Assembly: GCA_019057375.1 (NCBI GenBank)
Contig: DXJF01000107.1
Span: forward strand, 1 to 47,072
Source of the DNA: Candidatus Heimdallarchaeota archaeon
Lineage (GTDB): Archaea > Asgardarchaeota > Heimdallarchaeia > Heimdallarchaeales > Heimdallarchaeaceae
Direction of reading: 5' to 3'
DNA length: 47,072 bases
The notes under the pieces were generated by a model. The model made no database searches. It was given only the letters and a program-made list of their open reading frames with translations, and was not told the origin of the DNA. Numbering within the stretch: position 1 is the first letter of the stretch; each line of letters starts with the position of its first letter. A program made the position numbers and the translations under genes. This document shows positions 18,349-28,020 of the stretch, piece after piece.

Positions 18349-19431
18349 ATGATTCAAGAGATATTGAAAGGTTATAATTTAGAAGATGTTTCAATAGGAG
18401 TAATTGGGTCCCATTCTGCTCTAGATGTTTTAGATGGAGCAAGAAGACTTGGATTCAGAACAATAATTATATGTGAAAAAGGAAGAGAAGAACCATATTC
18501 ACGATTTGATAGAATAATTGATGATTTCATCGTGTTGGATAAATTCTCAGATGTTTTTTCAATACAAGAAGAACTTCAAAAAAAGAACTGTATCTTCATC
18601 CCTAACAGATCATTCGCAGTTTACTGTGGGTATAATAGAATAGAGAAAGATTTCCGAATTCCTCTTTTTGGTAGTAGAGAGCTTTTAAAAGTTGAAGAAA
18701 GAACAGGAAGGCACAATTATTACAAGATACTCGATGAAGCTGACATTAGATATCCAAAAGTTTACAAAACTCCAAAGGATATTGACGGTCCTGTAATATG
18801 TAAAATGCCACATGCTTTACAAAGAATAGAAAGAGGATTTTTTGTTGCAAAAAATAGAGAAGAATTTAAAGATGAATTTGAAAAAAGAGTTGAAAGCGGG
18901 AGTATCAGGAAGGAAGATTTTTTCCATGCGTCGATTGAAGAATTCATTTCAGGTGTTCCCTTCAATTTCAATATATTTTATTCTCCTTTGCTTGACAGTA
19001 TTGAATTACTGGGAATAGATCGTCGTTTTGTAACAAATTTAGATGGTATAACTCGAATGCCAGCAAATCAACAATTGAAACTTGAGTTAGAAGAAGAGAT
19101 GAAGGAAATTGGTAATTACTCTGTAACATTACGAGAATCAATGCTGCGTCACGTTTATCCAATGGGAGATAGATTCGTAGCAGCTTCCAAGCACCTTTAT
19201 CCCCCTGGGATTATTGGCCCTTTTGCATTACAAACAATGATAACAAAAGACTATGAGTTTATTGTGTTCGATATCTCAATGAGAATGGGTGGAGGAACTA
19301 ATAGTTTTATGGGAATCGGGAGTCAATATTCAGCTGTTTATTGGGGAGAACCAGTTTCAGCAGGTAAAAGAGTTTGCATGGAAATAAGACATTCTATTGA
19401 ACAAAATAGATTGCAGTACATTGTAACTTGA
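18349..19431 (+). CDS. purP: 5-formaminoimidazole-4-carboxamide ribonucleotide (FAICAR) synthetase PurP, paralog 1
   Basis: IGSHSALD, IFIPNRSF, FGSRELLKVEER, IERGFF, ELLGIDRR, IIGPFALQ, RMGGGTN. Confidence 0.92.
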   Translation: MIQEILKGYNLEDVSIGVIGSHSALDVLDGARRLGFRTIIICEKGREEPYSRFDRIIDDFIVLDKFSDVFSIQEELQKKNCIFIPNRSFAVYCGYNRIEKDFRIPLFGSRELLKVEERTGRHNYYKILDEADIRYPKVYKTPKDIDGPVICKMPHALQRIERGFFVAKNREEFKDEFEKRVESGSIRKEDFFHASIEEFISGVPFNFNIFYSPLLDSIELLGIDRRFVTNLDGITRMPANQQLKLELEEEMKEIGNYSVTLRESMLRHVYPMGDRFVAASKHLYPPGIIGPFALQTMITKDYEFIVFDISMRMGGGTNSFMGIGSQYSAVYWGEPVSAGKRVCMEIRHSIEQNRLQYIVT

Positions 19432-19442
19432 GAAATAGATTC

Positions 19443-19451
19443 TTTTTTTTT
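19443..19451 (+). terminator. Oligo-T terminator after purP1
   Basis: T9 run starting 12 nt after the stop, followed by an AT-rich 113-nt gap before purP2. Confidence 0.5.
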
Positions 19452-19564
19452 AATTTTCTTATTTATAATCATTTGAGACCTTCTAATCTTTGTTTTACTA
19501 TTTTAATAATGAAGTTGTATCTAAACAATTAAAAAACATTCATTTTCGTACGACTTGAAATATA

Positions 19565-20560
19565 TTGATTATCTCTACAATAGGAAGTCACTCAGCATTA
19601 CAGCTTCTTTATGGTGCAAAGCAAGAAAACCTAAAAACAAAAGTGTACTGTTTGGAAGGCAAAGAAGCACTTTACAAGAGATATCCAGTAGCAGGAGAGA
19701 TAATTACTTTAAGTAGTTATGAAGATTTACTAAACTTGAAACCCGATAGAGACGAGATTTTCATCCCACATGGGACTCTCATAGCAGCTTTAGGAGAAAA
19801 AATCTCTGAGATTCCTTTCAAAATATTTGGTAATCGGGAGGGTATGATTTGGGAAATGCAAAGAGAAAAGAATGTCAAACTGCTAGAGAATGCAGGAATT
19901 AGAACACCCCAAACTCTTTCTCTTAATGAAATCAAGAGTTTATCTATAGTTAAATTTCCCGGAGCTAAAGGTGGAGCAGGTTATTTTCTCTGTTCATCCT
20001 CTGATGAATTTGAGGAAAAGCTTTCAGAACTTCTATCTAGTAAGACTATTACAGAAGAAGATGCTAAAACAATTCAAATCCAAGAATATATCACGGGTGT
20101 TACTATGTATCCACATTATTTTCATTCTTTGATATATGATAGAGTAGAGATGTTAGGAATTGACAGACGCTATGAAACAAATGCGGATGCACTGGGGAGA
20201 CTATCTCAAAATCAATCTTCCATTAATCCTTCTTACAAAGTAGTGGGTAATCAGCCATTAATTGCCAGAGAATCTTTACTCCCACAGATTCTAGATTATG
20301 GTGATAGGTTAATTACAGCTTCACAAAAACTCTTTCCTCCAGGTTTAATTGGTCCATTCTGCATAGAAATGGCTATAACACCTGAAAAAATTATTGCTTT
20401 TGAATTTACGAGCAGGATAGTTGCTGGAACCAGTCTTTATATCAGTGGCTCTCCTTATTCCAAATTTCTATTTGGTGATGAAATGAGTATGGCTAGAAGA
20501 ATTGCTAGAGAATTGAAAATGGCAATGGGACAAAGAAGATTAGAGGAGTTTCTTTCTTGA
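19565..20560 (+). CDS. purP: PurP paralog 2
   Basis: STIGSHSALQ, FIPHGT, FGNREG, GAKGGAGYF, QEYITGV, IDRRYETN, LIGPFCIE, FEFTSRIVAGT. TTG start. Confidence 0.92.
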   Translation: MIISTIGSHSALQLLYGAKQENLKTKVYCLEGKEALYKRYPVAGEIITLSSYEDLLNLKPDRDEIFIPHGTLIAALGEKISEIPFKIFGNREGMIWEMQREKNVKLLENAGIRTPQTLSLNEIKSLSIVKFPGAKGGAGYFLCSSSDEFEEKLSELLSSKTITEEDAKTIQIQEYITGVTMYPHYFHSLIYDRVEMLGIDRRYETNADALGRLSQNQSSINPSYKVVGNQPLIARESLLPQILDYGDRLITASQKLFPPGLIGPFCIEMAITPEKIIAFEFTSRIVAGTSLYISGSPYSKFLFGDEMSMARRIARELKMAMGQRRLEEFLS

Positions 20561-20574
20561 AGAGATGATCAAAA

Positions 20575-22083
20575 ATGGATAGAATAGGGGTTTTTGATTT
20601 CGGAGGTCAATATTGTCACCTAATCGCGAGACGAATTAGGGATTTAGGAGTTTTCTCTGAAATAATGCAAGACCCATCTAACACCTATTCCGGAATCATC
20701 CTCTCAGGAGGACCAGGCAATGTTTATTCAGAAGAATCTCCCCAACTTCCAGAGGATTTTTTCGAAAAAATCGATGTTCCCGTTCTTGGAATATGTTATG
20801 GTCATCAAATGATAGCTCAAGCTTTTGGTGGTGTGGTCCAGAAAGGTATGGAAAGAGAATATGGTAAGAAGATAGCTATGTTGAATAATACTTCACCAAT
20901 TTTCAATGGTTTAGAAAATAATGAACAGGTTTGGATGTCTCATTTTGATCAGATAGTAGAACTACCCCCTTCTTTTGAAAACATTGGATCTACAGATACA
21001 TGCTCTATAGCAGCTTTTCATAATCTCGAGGAAAAACTATTTGGAGTACAGTTTCATCCAGAAGTTATTCATACAACAAATGGTTCTAAAATTCTGGAGA
21101 ATTTCCTTAAAATAACTAATTGCAAAAGAGAATGGAAACTTAAAGATTGGATTGAAAACAAAATCTCTGAATTGAAGCAATTTATTGGACAAAAGCAAGT
21201 TATAATGGCAGTAAGTGGTGGAGTAGACAGTACAGTAGCAGCTATATTGCTTTCAAAAGCAGATGTTAAAGCTCATTTTATTCATGTTGATACTGGCTTA
21301 ATGAGACTAGATGAATCAAAAGAGGTCTCAGAAATTTTTAGAGATTTGGGTGTAGAAAATCTTCATGTAATAAATACAAAGGAGAGATTTCTATCCAAAT
21401 TAAAAGGTATCACTGATCCAGAAGAAAAAAGAAAGATAATAGGGAAGATGTTTATTGAGATTTTTGAAGAAGAAGCTAAAAAATTGGGTGATTTTGATAT
21501 TCTTGTTCAAGGAACAATTTATCCTGATAGGATAGAAAGTGCTCAACCCAGTCAACATGCAACAGTAATAAAGACACATCACAATGTTGGTGGCCTTCCG
21601 GATACAATAGACCTAGACCTTGTTGAACCTCTTAATGATTTATATAAAGATGAGGTTAGACGAATAGGAGAAATTATAGGACTTCCAGAGAAATTTATCA
21701 AAAGGCATCCATTCCCTGGACCTGCTCTGGCAATAAGAATCTTAGGAGAAATAACAATAGAACGTCTTGAAATATTGAGAGAAGCTGATGCAATTGTTAC
21801 TGAGATTATCCAAAAACATAATATTTACGATTCATTATGGCAAGTTTTTCCAGCTTTACTACCTGTAAAATCAGTTGGAGTTATGGGAGATAAAAGAACA
21901 TATGAATATATACTGGCAATAAGAGCTGTTGAGTCGATAGATGCTATGACTGCAGACTGGGCAAGAATTGATTATGATATTCTGGAAGAGATATCGAATC
22001 AGATTGTTAATAAAGTTCATGGAATAAATCGAGTTCTTTATGACATAACAAGCAAACCTCCAGGAACTATAGAATATGAATAA
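20575..22083 (+). CDS. guaA: GMP synthase, fused glutaminase + ATP-pyrophosphatase form
   Basis: DFGGQYCHLIARR, GICYGHQ, VQFHPEV, SGGVDST, DPEEKRKIIG, IKTHHNVGG, HPFPGPALAIR, SVGVMGD, KPPGTIEYE. Confidence 0.98.
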   Translation: MDRIGVFDFGGQYCHLIARRIRDLGVFSEIMQDPSNTYSGIILSGGPGNVYSEESPQLPEDFFEKIDVPVLGICYGHQMIAQAFGGVVQKGMEREYGKKIAMLNNTSPIFNGLENNEQVWMSHFDQIVELPPSFENIGSTDTCSIAAFHNLEEKLFGVQFHPEVIHTTNGSKILENFLKITNCKREWKLKDWIENKISELKQFIGQKQVIMAVSGGVDSTVAAILLSKADVKAHFIHVDTGLMRLDESKEVSEIFRDLGVENLHVINTKERFLSKLKGITDPEEKRKIIGKMFIEIFEEEAKKLGDFDILVQGTIYPDRIESAQPSQHATVIKTHHNVGGLPDTIDLDLVEPLNDLYKDEVRRIGEIIGLPEKFIKRHPFPGPALAIRILGEITIERLEILREADAIVTEIIQKHNIYDSLWQVFPALLPVKSVGVMGDKRTYEYILAIRAVESIDAMTADWARIDYDILEEISNQIVNKVHGINRVLYDITSKPPGTIEYE

Positions 22084-22094
22084 AGGCAAGAAAA

Positions 22095-22694
22095 ATGAAA
22101 CCAAGTAGCAGAGAGTTAACCAAACACATTATTGATAATGGAATTTTGAAATTTGGAGATTTTACATTAAAATCAGGAAAGAAATCTTGGTTTTACATTG
22201 ATCTTCGACTTATCCCCTCTTATCCAGAAACATTTAATTTAGCAATTAGATGGTTCAAAGTGCTATTAGACAAAATAGATGAATGTGATGCTGTAGCTGG
22301 AGTTGCAGTGGGAGGAATTCCTTTTTCATCTGTAATTGGATACAAACTAAAAATACCATCATTAATTGTAAGAACTCATCAGAAAGACTATGGTTTGAAA
22401 AAGAAAGTAGAAGGGATTGCAGAAGCTGGATCAAAGATAGTTTTGATTGATGATCTAATTACCACTGGTTCAAGTAAAATTCCAGGGATTTTAGCACTTC
22501 GAGAGAAGGGTTTCATTCTTGAAAACATGGTTGTTTTGATTGATAGAAGCCAAGGTAATCTTGGACAAATAGAAGAGATAGGTGTCAAACTTCATTCTTT
22601 TGTAACCATTGAAGACATCTTCAATGAATGTCTATCATTAGATGATAAATTAGTTCCTTCAGAAATAAAAGAGACTATTAAGAAAAATCTATGA
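22095..22694 (+). CDS. pyrE: Orotate phosphoribosyltransferase
   Basis: LKFGDFTLKSGKKSWFYIDLR, KDYG, VLIDDLITTGSS, IDR. Confidence 0.96.
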   Translation: MKPSSRELTKHIIDNGILKFGDFTLKSGKKSWFYIDLRLIPSYPETFNLAIRWFKVLLDKIDECDAVAGVAVGGIPFSSVIGYKLKIPSLIVRTHQKDYGLKKKVEGIAEAGSKIVLIDDLITTGSSKIPGILALREKGFILENMVVLIDRSQGNLGQIEEIGVKLHSFVTIEDIFNECLSLDDKLVPSEIKETIKKNL

Positions 22695-22699
22695 TTTCT

Positions 22700-23491
22700 T
22701 CAATCATTTATGTACTTATTGAACATTTTGCAGAATTTTTCTGCTTCCTGTTTAGGATTGGGGGAATAAATTATTGAACGTCCTACATTCACCATGGTTC
22801 TCTTCCCAAACATTTTCAGGATTTCTTCAGCATTTCCTCCTTGTGCACCAACTCCTGGTACAAGAACTAGTATATCGTGCCCTAAAGTAGCTTTTAACTT
22901 ACTCAAATTTTGAAATTCCACATTTCCTGTAGCTCCTACTACACATCCATCTACATTATTTGCTAGACATTGTTGAGCTATGAATAAGTATAGGGGACTT
23001 GATCCAATATGTGCAGTTTTTTGAATAATGGCTTCAGGATTGGACATCAAAGTAAGAACTATTATCCCCAAATCTCTCTCATGTGCAGCTAAGGTAGCTT
23101 CTTTAATATTTCCTGCAAATGGAGAATGTGTAAAAGCATCAAACCCTTCTTTTCTAAACCAAAAAATTGCAGAATCATTAGATGAACCAATATCTCCAAG
23201 TTTATGATCAATAATAGATAACATTCCTTGCTTGTGAATCAAATCATTTAATCCTTGAATTTGTTCAAGATTAAGACCTATGAGATACTGACGATTCATT
23301 TTGATAATGCTAGTGAAAGAAGAAACTTCTTCTATTATTTCTTTCATAAATGATATTCTATCTAAAGTTGGCATTACATAATTATTTCTCTGATTAGGAA
23401 GGGCAGGATCTAAACCCACACATAAGACACTTTTCTTGCTTTCAACTATGTTCTTATACTTTTGAATAAAAGAAGGAAGTTCTGCACTCAT
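22700..23491 (-). CDS. pyrF: Orotidine-5'-phosphate decarboxylase
   Basis: LCVGLDP, DHKLGDIG, VGAT, LVPGVGAQGG, NVGRSIIY. All canonical motifs are intact. Confidence 0.95.
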   Translation of the reverse strand: MSAELPSFIQKYKNIVESKKSVLCVGLDPALPNQRNNYVMPTLDRISFMKEIIEEVSSFTSIIKMNRQYLIGLNLEQIQGLNDLIHKQGMLSIIDHKLGDIGSSNDSAIFWFRKEGFDAFTHSPFAGNIKEATLAAHERDLGIIVLTLMSNPEAIIQKTAHIGSSPLYLFIAQQCLANNVDGCVVGATGNVEFQNLSKLKATLGHDILVLVPGVGAQGGNAEEILKMFGKRTMVNVGRSIIYSPNPKQEAEKFCKMFNKYIND

Positions 23492-23523
23492 CAGGAAATC
23501 GTTTTATAATTTTTATTTAAACT

Positions 23524-24726
23524 TTACATTCGAATTAGAGAATTGTTTTTCACTATATGCTTTATTCTTCCATAAAGAAACAAATTTTCAAAAGGTGACC
23601 ATTTAGCTTTTGATTTAATCCAAGATTTATCTACTCTAAATGGTTCATTAATATCAAGAACGATAAAACTATTTAGAGATTCATCAGTTTCTAAATTTAA
23701 TAGTTTTGAAGGCAAATAATGAAATGCTTCAATGGCTCTATCCCACTCAATTTTCATATTCTTGACTAAAGTAAGTAAAGCTGGAAGCAGTTCTTGAACA
23801 CCTGGCATCCCACTAGGATTCTCTTTTTCTTTTTCTGCTAAAGTATGAGGAGAATGATCTGAACTTATCATATCGACAACACCTGTTGCTAAAGATTCAA
23901 TTAATCTATTGTTGTCACTTATTTTACGTAAGGGGGGATTTACTTTTTTATAAAGCCGAGGGATGTTGGAGTCTTCATTAAGAAAGAGATATCGAGGACA
24001 TGTGTCTGATGTAAGATTAGTAGAATCAATTAAATCTAGAAATTTTAAAGATAGAGAACTACTAATATGTGTCAAATGAAATTTCAGAGAAGGAAAATCA
24101 CTAGCCCATTTTAACACTGCTTGAACAGCAAATGCTTCAGCTTCAGGGGGGCGTTTCTTTGAATGAGTATTTTCTTTTTTGCTTTCTGCTATTGATCTAG
24201 GATCTTCTGCATGGAATATTATCGGTTTACTGGATTCAATACTCTCCAGCTTTACCAATGAATTCTCAATATTCTTATAACTGATACTTAGATTTCCAAA
24301 TGATTCAGACATGAAAACTTTATACGCATCACAGTGTGAATCCAGCCCTTCAATTTCATCAAAGTTATAATTAGTGAGGGCAGCAGCAACAAGTATTTCT
24401 ATCCATTTTTGCTTTGATGAGAGCTCTTTCTTTTGTAAAACAGCTTTAGTTGAATCAGTTATTGGATTAGTATTAGGCATATCTAAAACATGTAAAATCC
24501 CACCATGTAATGCTGCAAATGCCCCTGAATGCATATTTTCTTTATGCTCAAACCCAGGTTCTCTAAAATGAACATGTAAATCAACAGCAGGAGGTAAGGC
24601 AATAAAATTGGAGCAATCGATTTCCTTCTGACCAAGTCCTTCAGTGGTCACATCAACTTCGAAATCCTTAATTTGAAAATCTCTAATCTGATGGTTCCAA
24701 AACTTAAGATTTTGTAGAACTACCAT
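23524..24726 (-). CDS. pyrC: Dihydroorotase
   Basis: VDLHVHFREPG, DMPNTNP, YKVF, FHAED, HLTHISS, KVNPPLR, SSDHSPH. Confidence 0.93.
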   Translation of the reverse strand: MVVLQNLKFWNHQIRDFQIKDFEVDVTTEGLGQKEIDCSNFIALPPAVDLHVHFREPGFEHKENMHSGAFAALHGGILHVLDMPNTNPITDSTKAVLQKKELSSKQKWIEILVAAALTNYNFDEIEGLDSHCDAYKVFMSESFGNLSISYKNIENSLVKLESIESSKPIIFHAEDPRSIAESKKENTHSKKRPPEAEAFAVQAVLKWASDFPSLKFHLTHISSSLSLKFLDLIDSTNLTSDTCPRYLFLNEDSNIPRLYKKVNPPLRKISDNNRLIESLATGVVDMISSDHSPHTLAEKEKENPSGMPGVQELLPALLTLVKNMKIEWDRAIEAFHYLPSKLLNLETDESLNSFIVLDINEPFRVDKSWIKSKAKWSPFENLFLYGRIKHIVKNNSLIRM

Positions 24727-24729
24727 TTC

Positions 24730-25581
24730 TTAGATCCTCTTTTTTTCACCAGTTTCAAGACGTTTATAGACACCAAAATCACTTATTTGCTCTAGTTTTT
24801 CTGTATTAAATACAGGTCCATCTACGCAAATTCTCCAACCTGTTGGATCCACAGCGCAATAAGCACAAGCTCCAAAACCACATCTCATGTATCTATCAGC
24901 TAGACTCATTTGCATATCAACAACTTTAGGATAGTTCTTTCCAATGTCAAAGATTACTTTCATCATTTTTTCTGGTCCTGCTGCATATATTACAGATGAT
25001 GTTTCTGATTCTTGAAGGAATTTTTCTAAATCAATAGTTGGAAAACCTTGGTACCCAAGAGAACCATCATCAGTACAGACATGGAAATTAATTTTACCTT
25101 GATCATGAAAATCTTGCAACCATTCATAATACATTAATCTATTCTTAGATCGGGCACCTTCAAAAACATGGATGGTTTGTTTATTCTCATTAGCTACCAG
25201 TACTTCAGTAAGCAATTTCAAAGGTGTCATACCAAAACCTCCACCAATTAGAAGGTGATTCACATCTTCTGGTGGAGTGAATGGTTTTCCGTAAATACCT
25301 CTGATTCCAACTAGATCACCTACTTCTTTCTTATGCATAGCTTCTGTTCCAGGACCCATTTTAGCTATTCCAACTTCTAGAATACTATCCTTCAATCCTG
25401 CAATACATATTGGGTATTCATCTTCTCTTGGAACCCATAGCATGATAAATTGTCCTGGTTTAGCACTTTGAATCTTAACTGGTAGTTTTATTTTATAGCA
25501 ATAAGTTTCAAAGCACTCTTCCCATTTTTCAACTATTACGCTCATAACTGGTTTATCATTAGAGAGGGTCTGTTTTATCAT
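24730..25581 (-). CDS. pyrK: Dihydroorotate dehydrogenase electron-transfer subunit
   Basis: PGQFIMLW, GIRGIYG, GGGFG, TDDGSLG, AAGPE, MRCGFGACAYC...CVDGPVF [2Fe-2S] motif. Confidence 0.95.
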   Translation of the reverse strand: MIKQTLSNDKPVMSVIVEKWEECFETYCYKIKLPVKIQSAKPGQFIMLWVPREDEYPICIAGLKDSILEVGIAKMGPGTEAMHKKEVGDLVGIRGIYGKPFTPPEDVNHLLIGGGFGMTPLKLLTEVLVANENKQTIHVFEGARSKNRLMYYEWLQDFHDQGKINFHVCTDDGSLGYQGFPTIDLEKFLQESETSSVIYAAGPEKMMKVIFDIGKNYPKVVDMQMSLADRYMRCGFGACAYCAVDPTGWRICVDGPVFNTEKLEQISDFGVYKRLETGEKKRI

Positions 25582-26498
25582 TTATGAGCTCCTCCAGTAA
25601 TTTCACCAATTGAGTCGATCTGTTGTTCTTTCATATATTTCTTTATTTTCATCTGGAAGAATCTAACCATATTTTCAGGATATGCAACGCCTAGAGAAGT
25701 TCCAATTTCTACAGCTGTAGCTCCGGCTAAAAGGTATTCTATTATGTCCTCTCCTTTAAAAATCCCTCCTACGCCTATCAAAGGTATTTCATCCCCAAAA
25801 TGCTCGTAAAGATCATACACATATCTTATTCCAACAGGTTTTATTGCAGCACCAGATAAGCCCCCTTTCTTAAACCCTAGAATTGGTTGTTTAGTGTGAA
25901 TATCAATAACCATAGCTTTCAGTGTATTTATTGCAACTAAAGTATCACATCCTCCTTTAACTGCAGCAGAAGCAATTTCTATTACATCTGATACATTGGG
26001 AGTTAATTTAACCCAGAGAGGTGTTTTGGTTTTTACTCTTAGTTCTTTAACAATTTTATAAACTAAATCAGGATCTGTTCCAATTTGTGCTCCTCCCATC
26101 TCAGTATTAGGGCAACTAAAGTTTAATTCAAAGGCTAGTACAGGAAGATCTTTTAACCCCTCAAGAACTTCTTTAAATTCCTCCTTATTCTCACCAAATA
26201 TTGATACAATGGTTGGAGTAGAGTTCTTCATTAGAATTTCAATGTCTTCTCTAAAGATTTGGTATCCTGGATTTGCTAATCCAACGGAGTTAATCACACT
26301 TCGAATTTCATTTAGTGCAAAAACACTAGGATTAGGATTACCAGCTCTAGATTTAGCTCCAATGCTTTTTGTTATTACTGCTCCAAGACCAGCTTCATAC
26401 ATTCGATTTAGAGTGGAATATGTCGTCCCTAAAACTCCTGAAGCTAATATCATTGGATTTCTAATTGTTACATTACCAATTTTAGTTGCTAAACTCAT
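25578..26498 (-). CDS. pyrD: Dihydroorotate dehydrogenase family 1B catalytic subunit
   Basis: NPMILASG, ITKS, NSVGLANPG, ELNFSCPN, VKLTPN, INT, GGLSG, IGVGGI. Confidence 0.96.
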   Translation of the reverse strand: MSLATKIGNVTIRNPMILASGVLGTTYSTLNRMYEAGLGAVITKSIGAKSRAGNPNPSVFALNEIRSVINSVGLANPGYQIFREDIEILMKNSTPTIVSIFGENKEEFKEVLEGLKDLPVLAFELNFSCPNTEMGGAQIGTDPDLVYKIVKELRVKTKTPLWVKLTPNVSDVIEIASAAVKGGCDTLVAINTLKAMVIDIHTKQPILGFKKGGLSGAAIKPVGIRYVYDLYEHFGDEIPLIGVGGIFKGEDIIEYLLAGATAVEIGTSLGVAYPENMVRFFQMKIKKYMKEQQIDSIGEITGGAHK

Positions 26499-26682
26499 AA
26501 TCATAAGATTTCTACAATCTTGAAAAGTCTTACTGCTTTTCAGAACTATTCTTCTATAGCGTAAATTATATTAATCAATCAATTAAAGCTTTTCAGAGAT
26601 ACCTAAAACTAAAATTTGTTGGTTCAATTATTGAGTAGAACTTAAAAAGTGTTCCAACCTTACTCAATCAGGAGGTCTTTAT

Positions 26683-27387
26683 ATGCCCAGAATCGCTGTA
26701 ATTTCTGATATTCATTCAAATATCTATGCTTTAGAGGCAGTTTTTCAAGACATCCAGAAGAGAAAGAATATCGATGAGATTATCTGTTTGGGTGATACTG
26801 TTGGGTATTATCCGTTTCCAAATGAATGTATTGAGCTAATTAGAGAAGAATGCTCCATTACAATGTTAGGTAATCATGATGCAGGAGTAATTGGAGATGA
26901 ACCTTCTTTTTATTTCAATCCAACTGCATATACAATGATTCAATGGACACAAGAGAACATTCATGCTGATAATAAGAAATGGTTAACCACTCTACCTCGG
27001 AGAAAAACAATTGAAAGAAATGGTAGTAGTATCTATTTAGTTCATGGTTCTCCATTCAAAACTTTTGATTATATGGACACCTATTCTGATAAACAGTGGA
27101 AAACAATGCTTAAGGAAGCATTTGAGATTACAAAAACAGATGTTCTAATGGTAGGACATACACATGTTCCATTTAAAGTCAAAGTTAAAAAACACAATTT
27201 CTTAAATCCTGGTTCGGTAGGACAACCACGTAATGGAAAACCTGGTGCATACTATTCTATTGTGAATACAAGTCCATATAGCGCAACCATGGTTCATCTG
27301 AAGTATGATTACAAACCTATTCAAGAGAAAATGATTAATTTAGGTCTTCCTAAATCCTTGAGCGATAGACTTAACCATGGTTTGTAG
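26683..27387 (+). CDS. Calcineurin-like metallophosphoesterase
   Basis: DIHSN, GDTVGY, GNHD, HG, GHTH, NPGSVGQPR. AGGAGGT Shine-Dalgarno at 26670-26676. Confidence 0.9.
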   Translation: MPRIAVISDIHSNIYALEAVFQDIQKRKNIDEIICLGDTVGYYPFPNECIELIREECSITMLGNHDAGVIGDEPSFYFNPTAYTMIQWTQENIHADNKKWLTTLPRRKTIERNGSSIYLVHGSPFKTFDYMDTYSDKQWKTMLKEAFEITKTDVLMVGHTHVPFKVKVKKHNFLNPGSVGQPRNGKPGAYYSIVNTSPYSATMVHLKYDYKPIQEKMINLGLPKSLSDRLNHGL

Positions 27388-27396
27388 AAAAATAAA

Positions 27397-27783
27397 CTAT
27401 TCATAACGAAAATCTAGATCAATATCTTCATCATCAAGATCCTTTAGTTCTTCTTCTAATTTATCATTATATAAATCGTAAAGAATGACTAAAGCCACCC
27501 CTTCATGTATCCCTGTCTTTATGGATAATTTTGCGTATGAAATTTCTGGATTATCTGGAAGAACATTCTCTCGAACATAGCCCTTAAGATTGTTGTAGTT
27601 TGGAATGGTTCTAATTCCATCAATCAAATCAGATAATCTCCCATCAAATCCGGTAAAATTAACGTTTAAGTGCTTCTGTCTTTTGATTTTGGTAAGAACA
27701 GCATTATAAGATTTTTCTTCCTTTATTCTTTCCTCTTCGACTTTTTTATCTTTATCCCCAATATAATCGTACAGAGTTGTCAA
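27397..27783 (-). CDS. Hypothetical protein with a possible C-terminal HTH and acidic tail
   Basis: 128-aa ORF with TTG start and a purine-rich SD-like upstream sequence. NPEISYAKLSIKTGIHEGVALVIL is HTH-like. Confidence 0.6.
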   Translation of the reverse strand: MTTLYDYIGDKDKKVEEERIKEEKSYNAVLTKIKRQKHLNVNFTGFDGRLSDLIDGIRTIPNYNNLKGYVRENVLPDNPEISYAKLSIKTGIHEGVALVILYDLYNDKLEEELKDLDDEDIDLDFRYE

Positions 27784-28020
27784 CCTTTTACCCCACTCTT
27801 AAGAGTCGCTATTGAGTTATACGATGTCGCTTAAAAAATGTTTTGTAATACGTTTATTAAACAAATAATCAGTTTATTGAAAGAAATTTTAGTTAGTATA
27901 ACAATATATTTGCTGAAGACAAGAATCTTATCCTTTCAGATACGATTGATTTGGTCACTAAGATGATTAATTCTATATTTCATTAAGAGCTTACTAGTAT
28001 AAGTTTACGTTCAAAAGTAT

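Noticed and set aside
19545-26525. Weak operator-like 16-mers TTCGTACGACTTGAAA (before purP2) and TTCTACAATCTTGAAA (26510-26525, before pyrD)
   Set aside because: Three or more mismatches to TTGCA-N6-TGCAA in AT-rich DNA. Their position near start codons is suggestive but not enough without a PWM scan.
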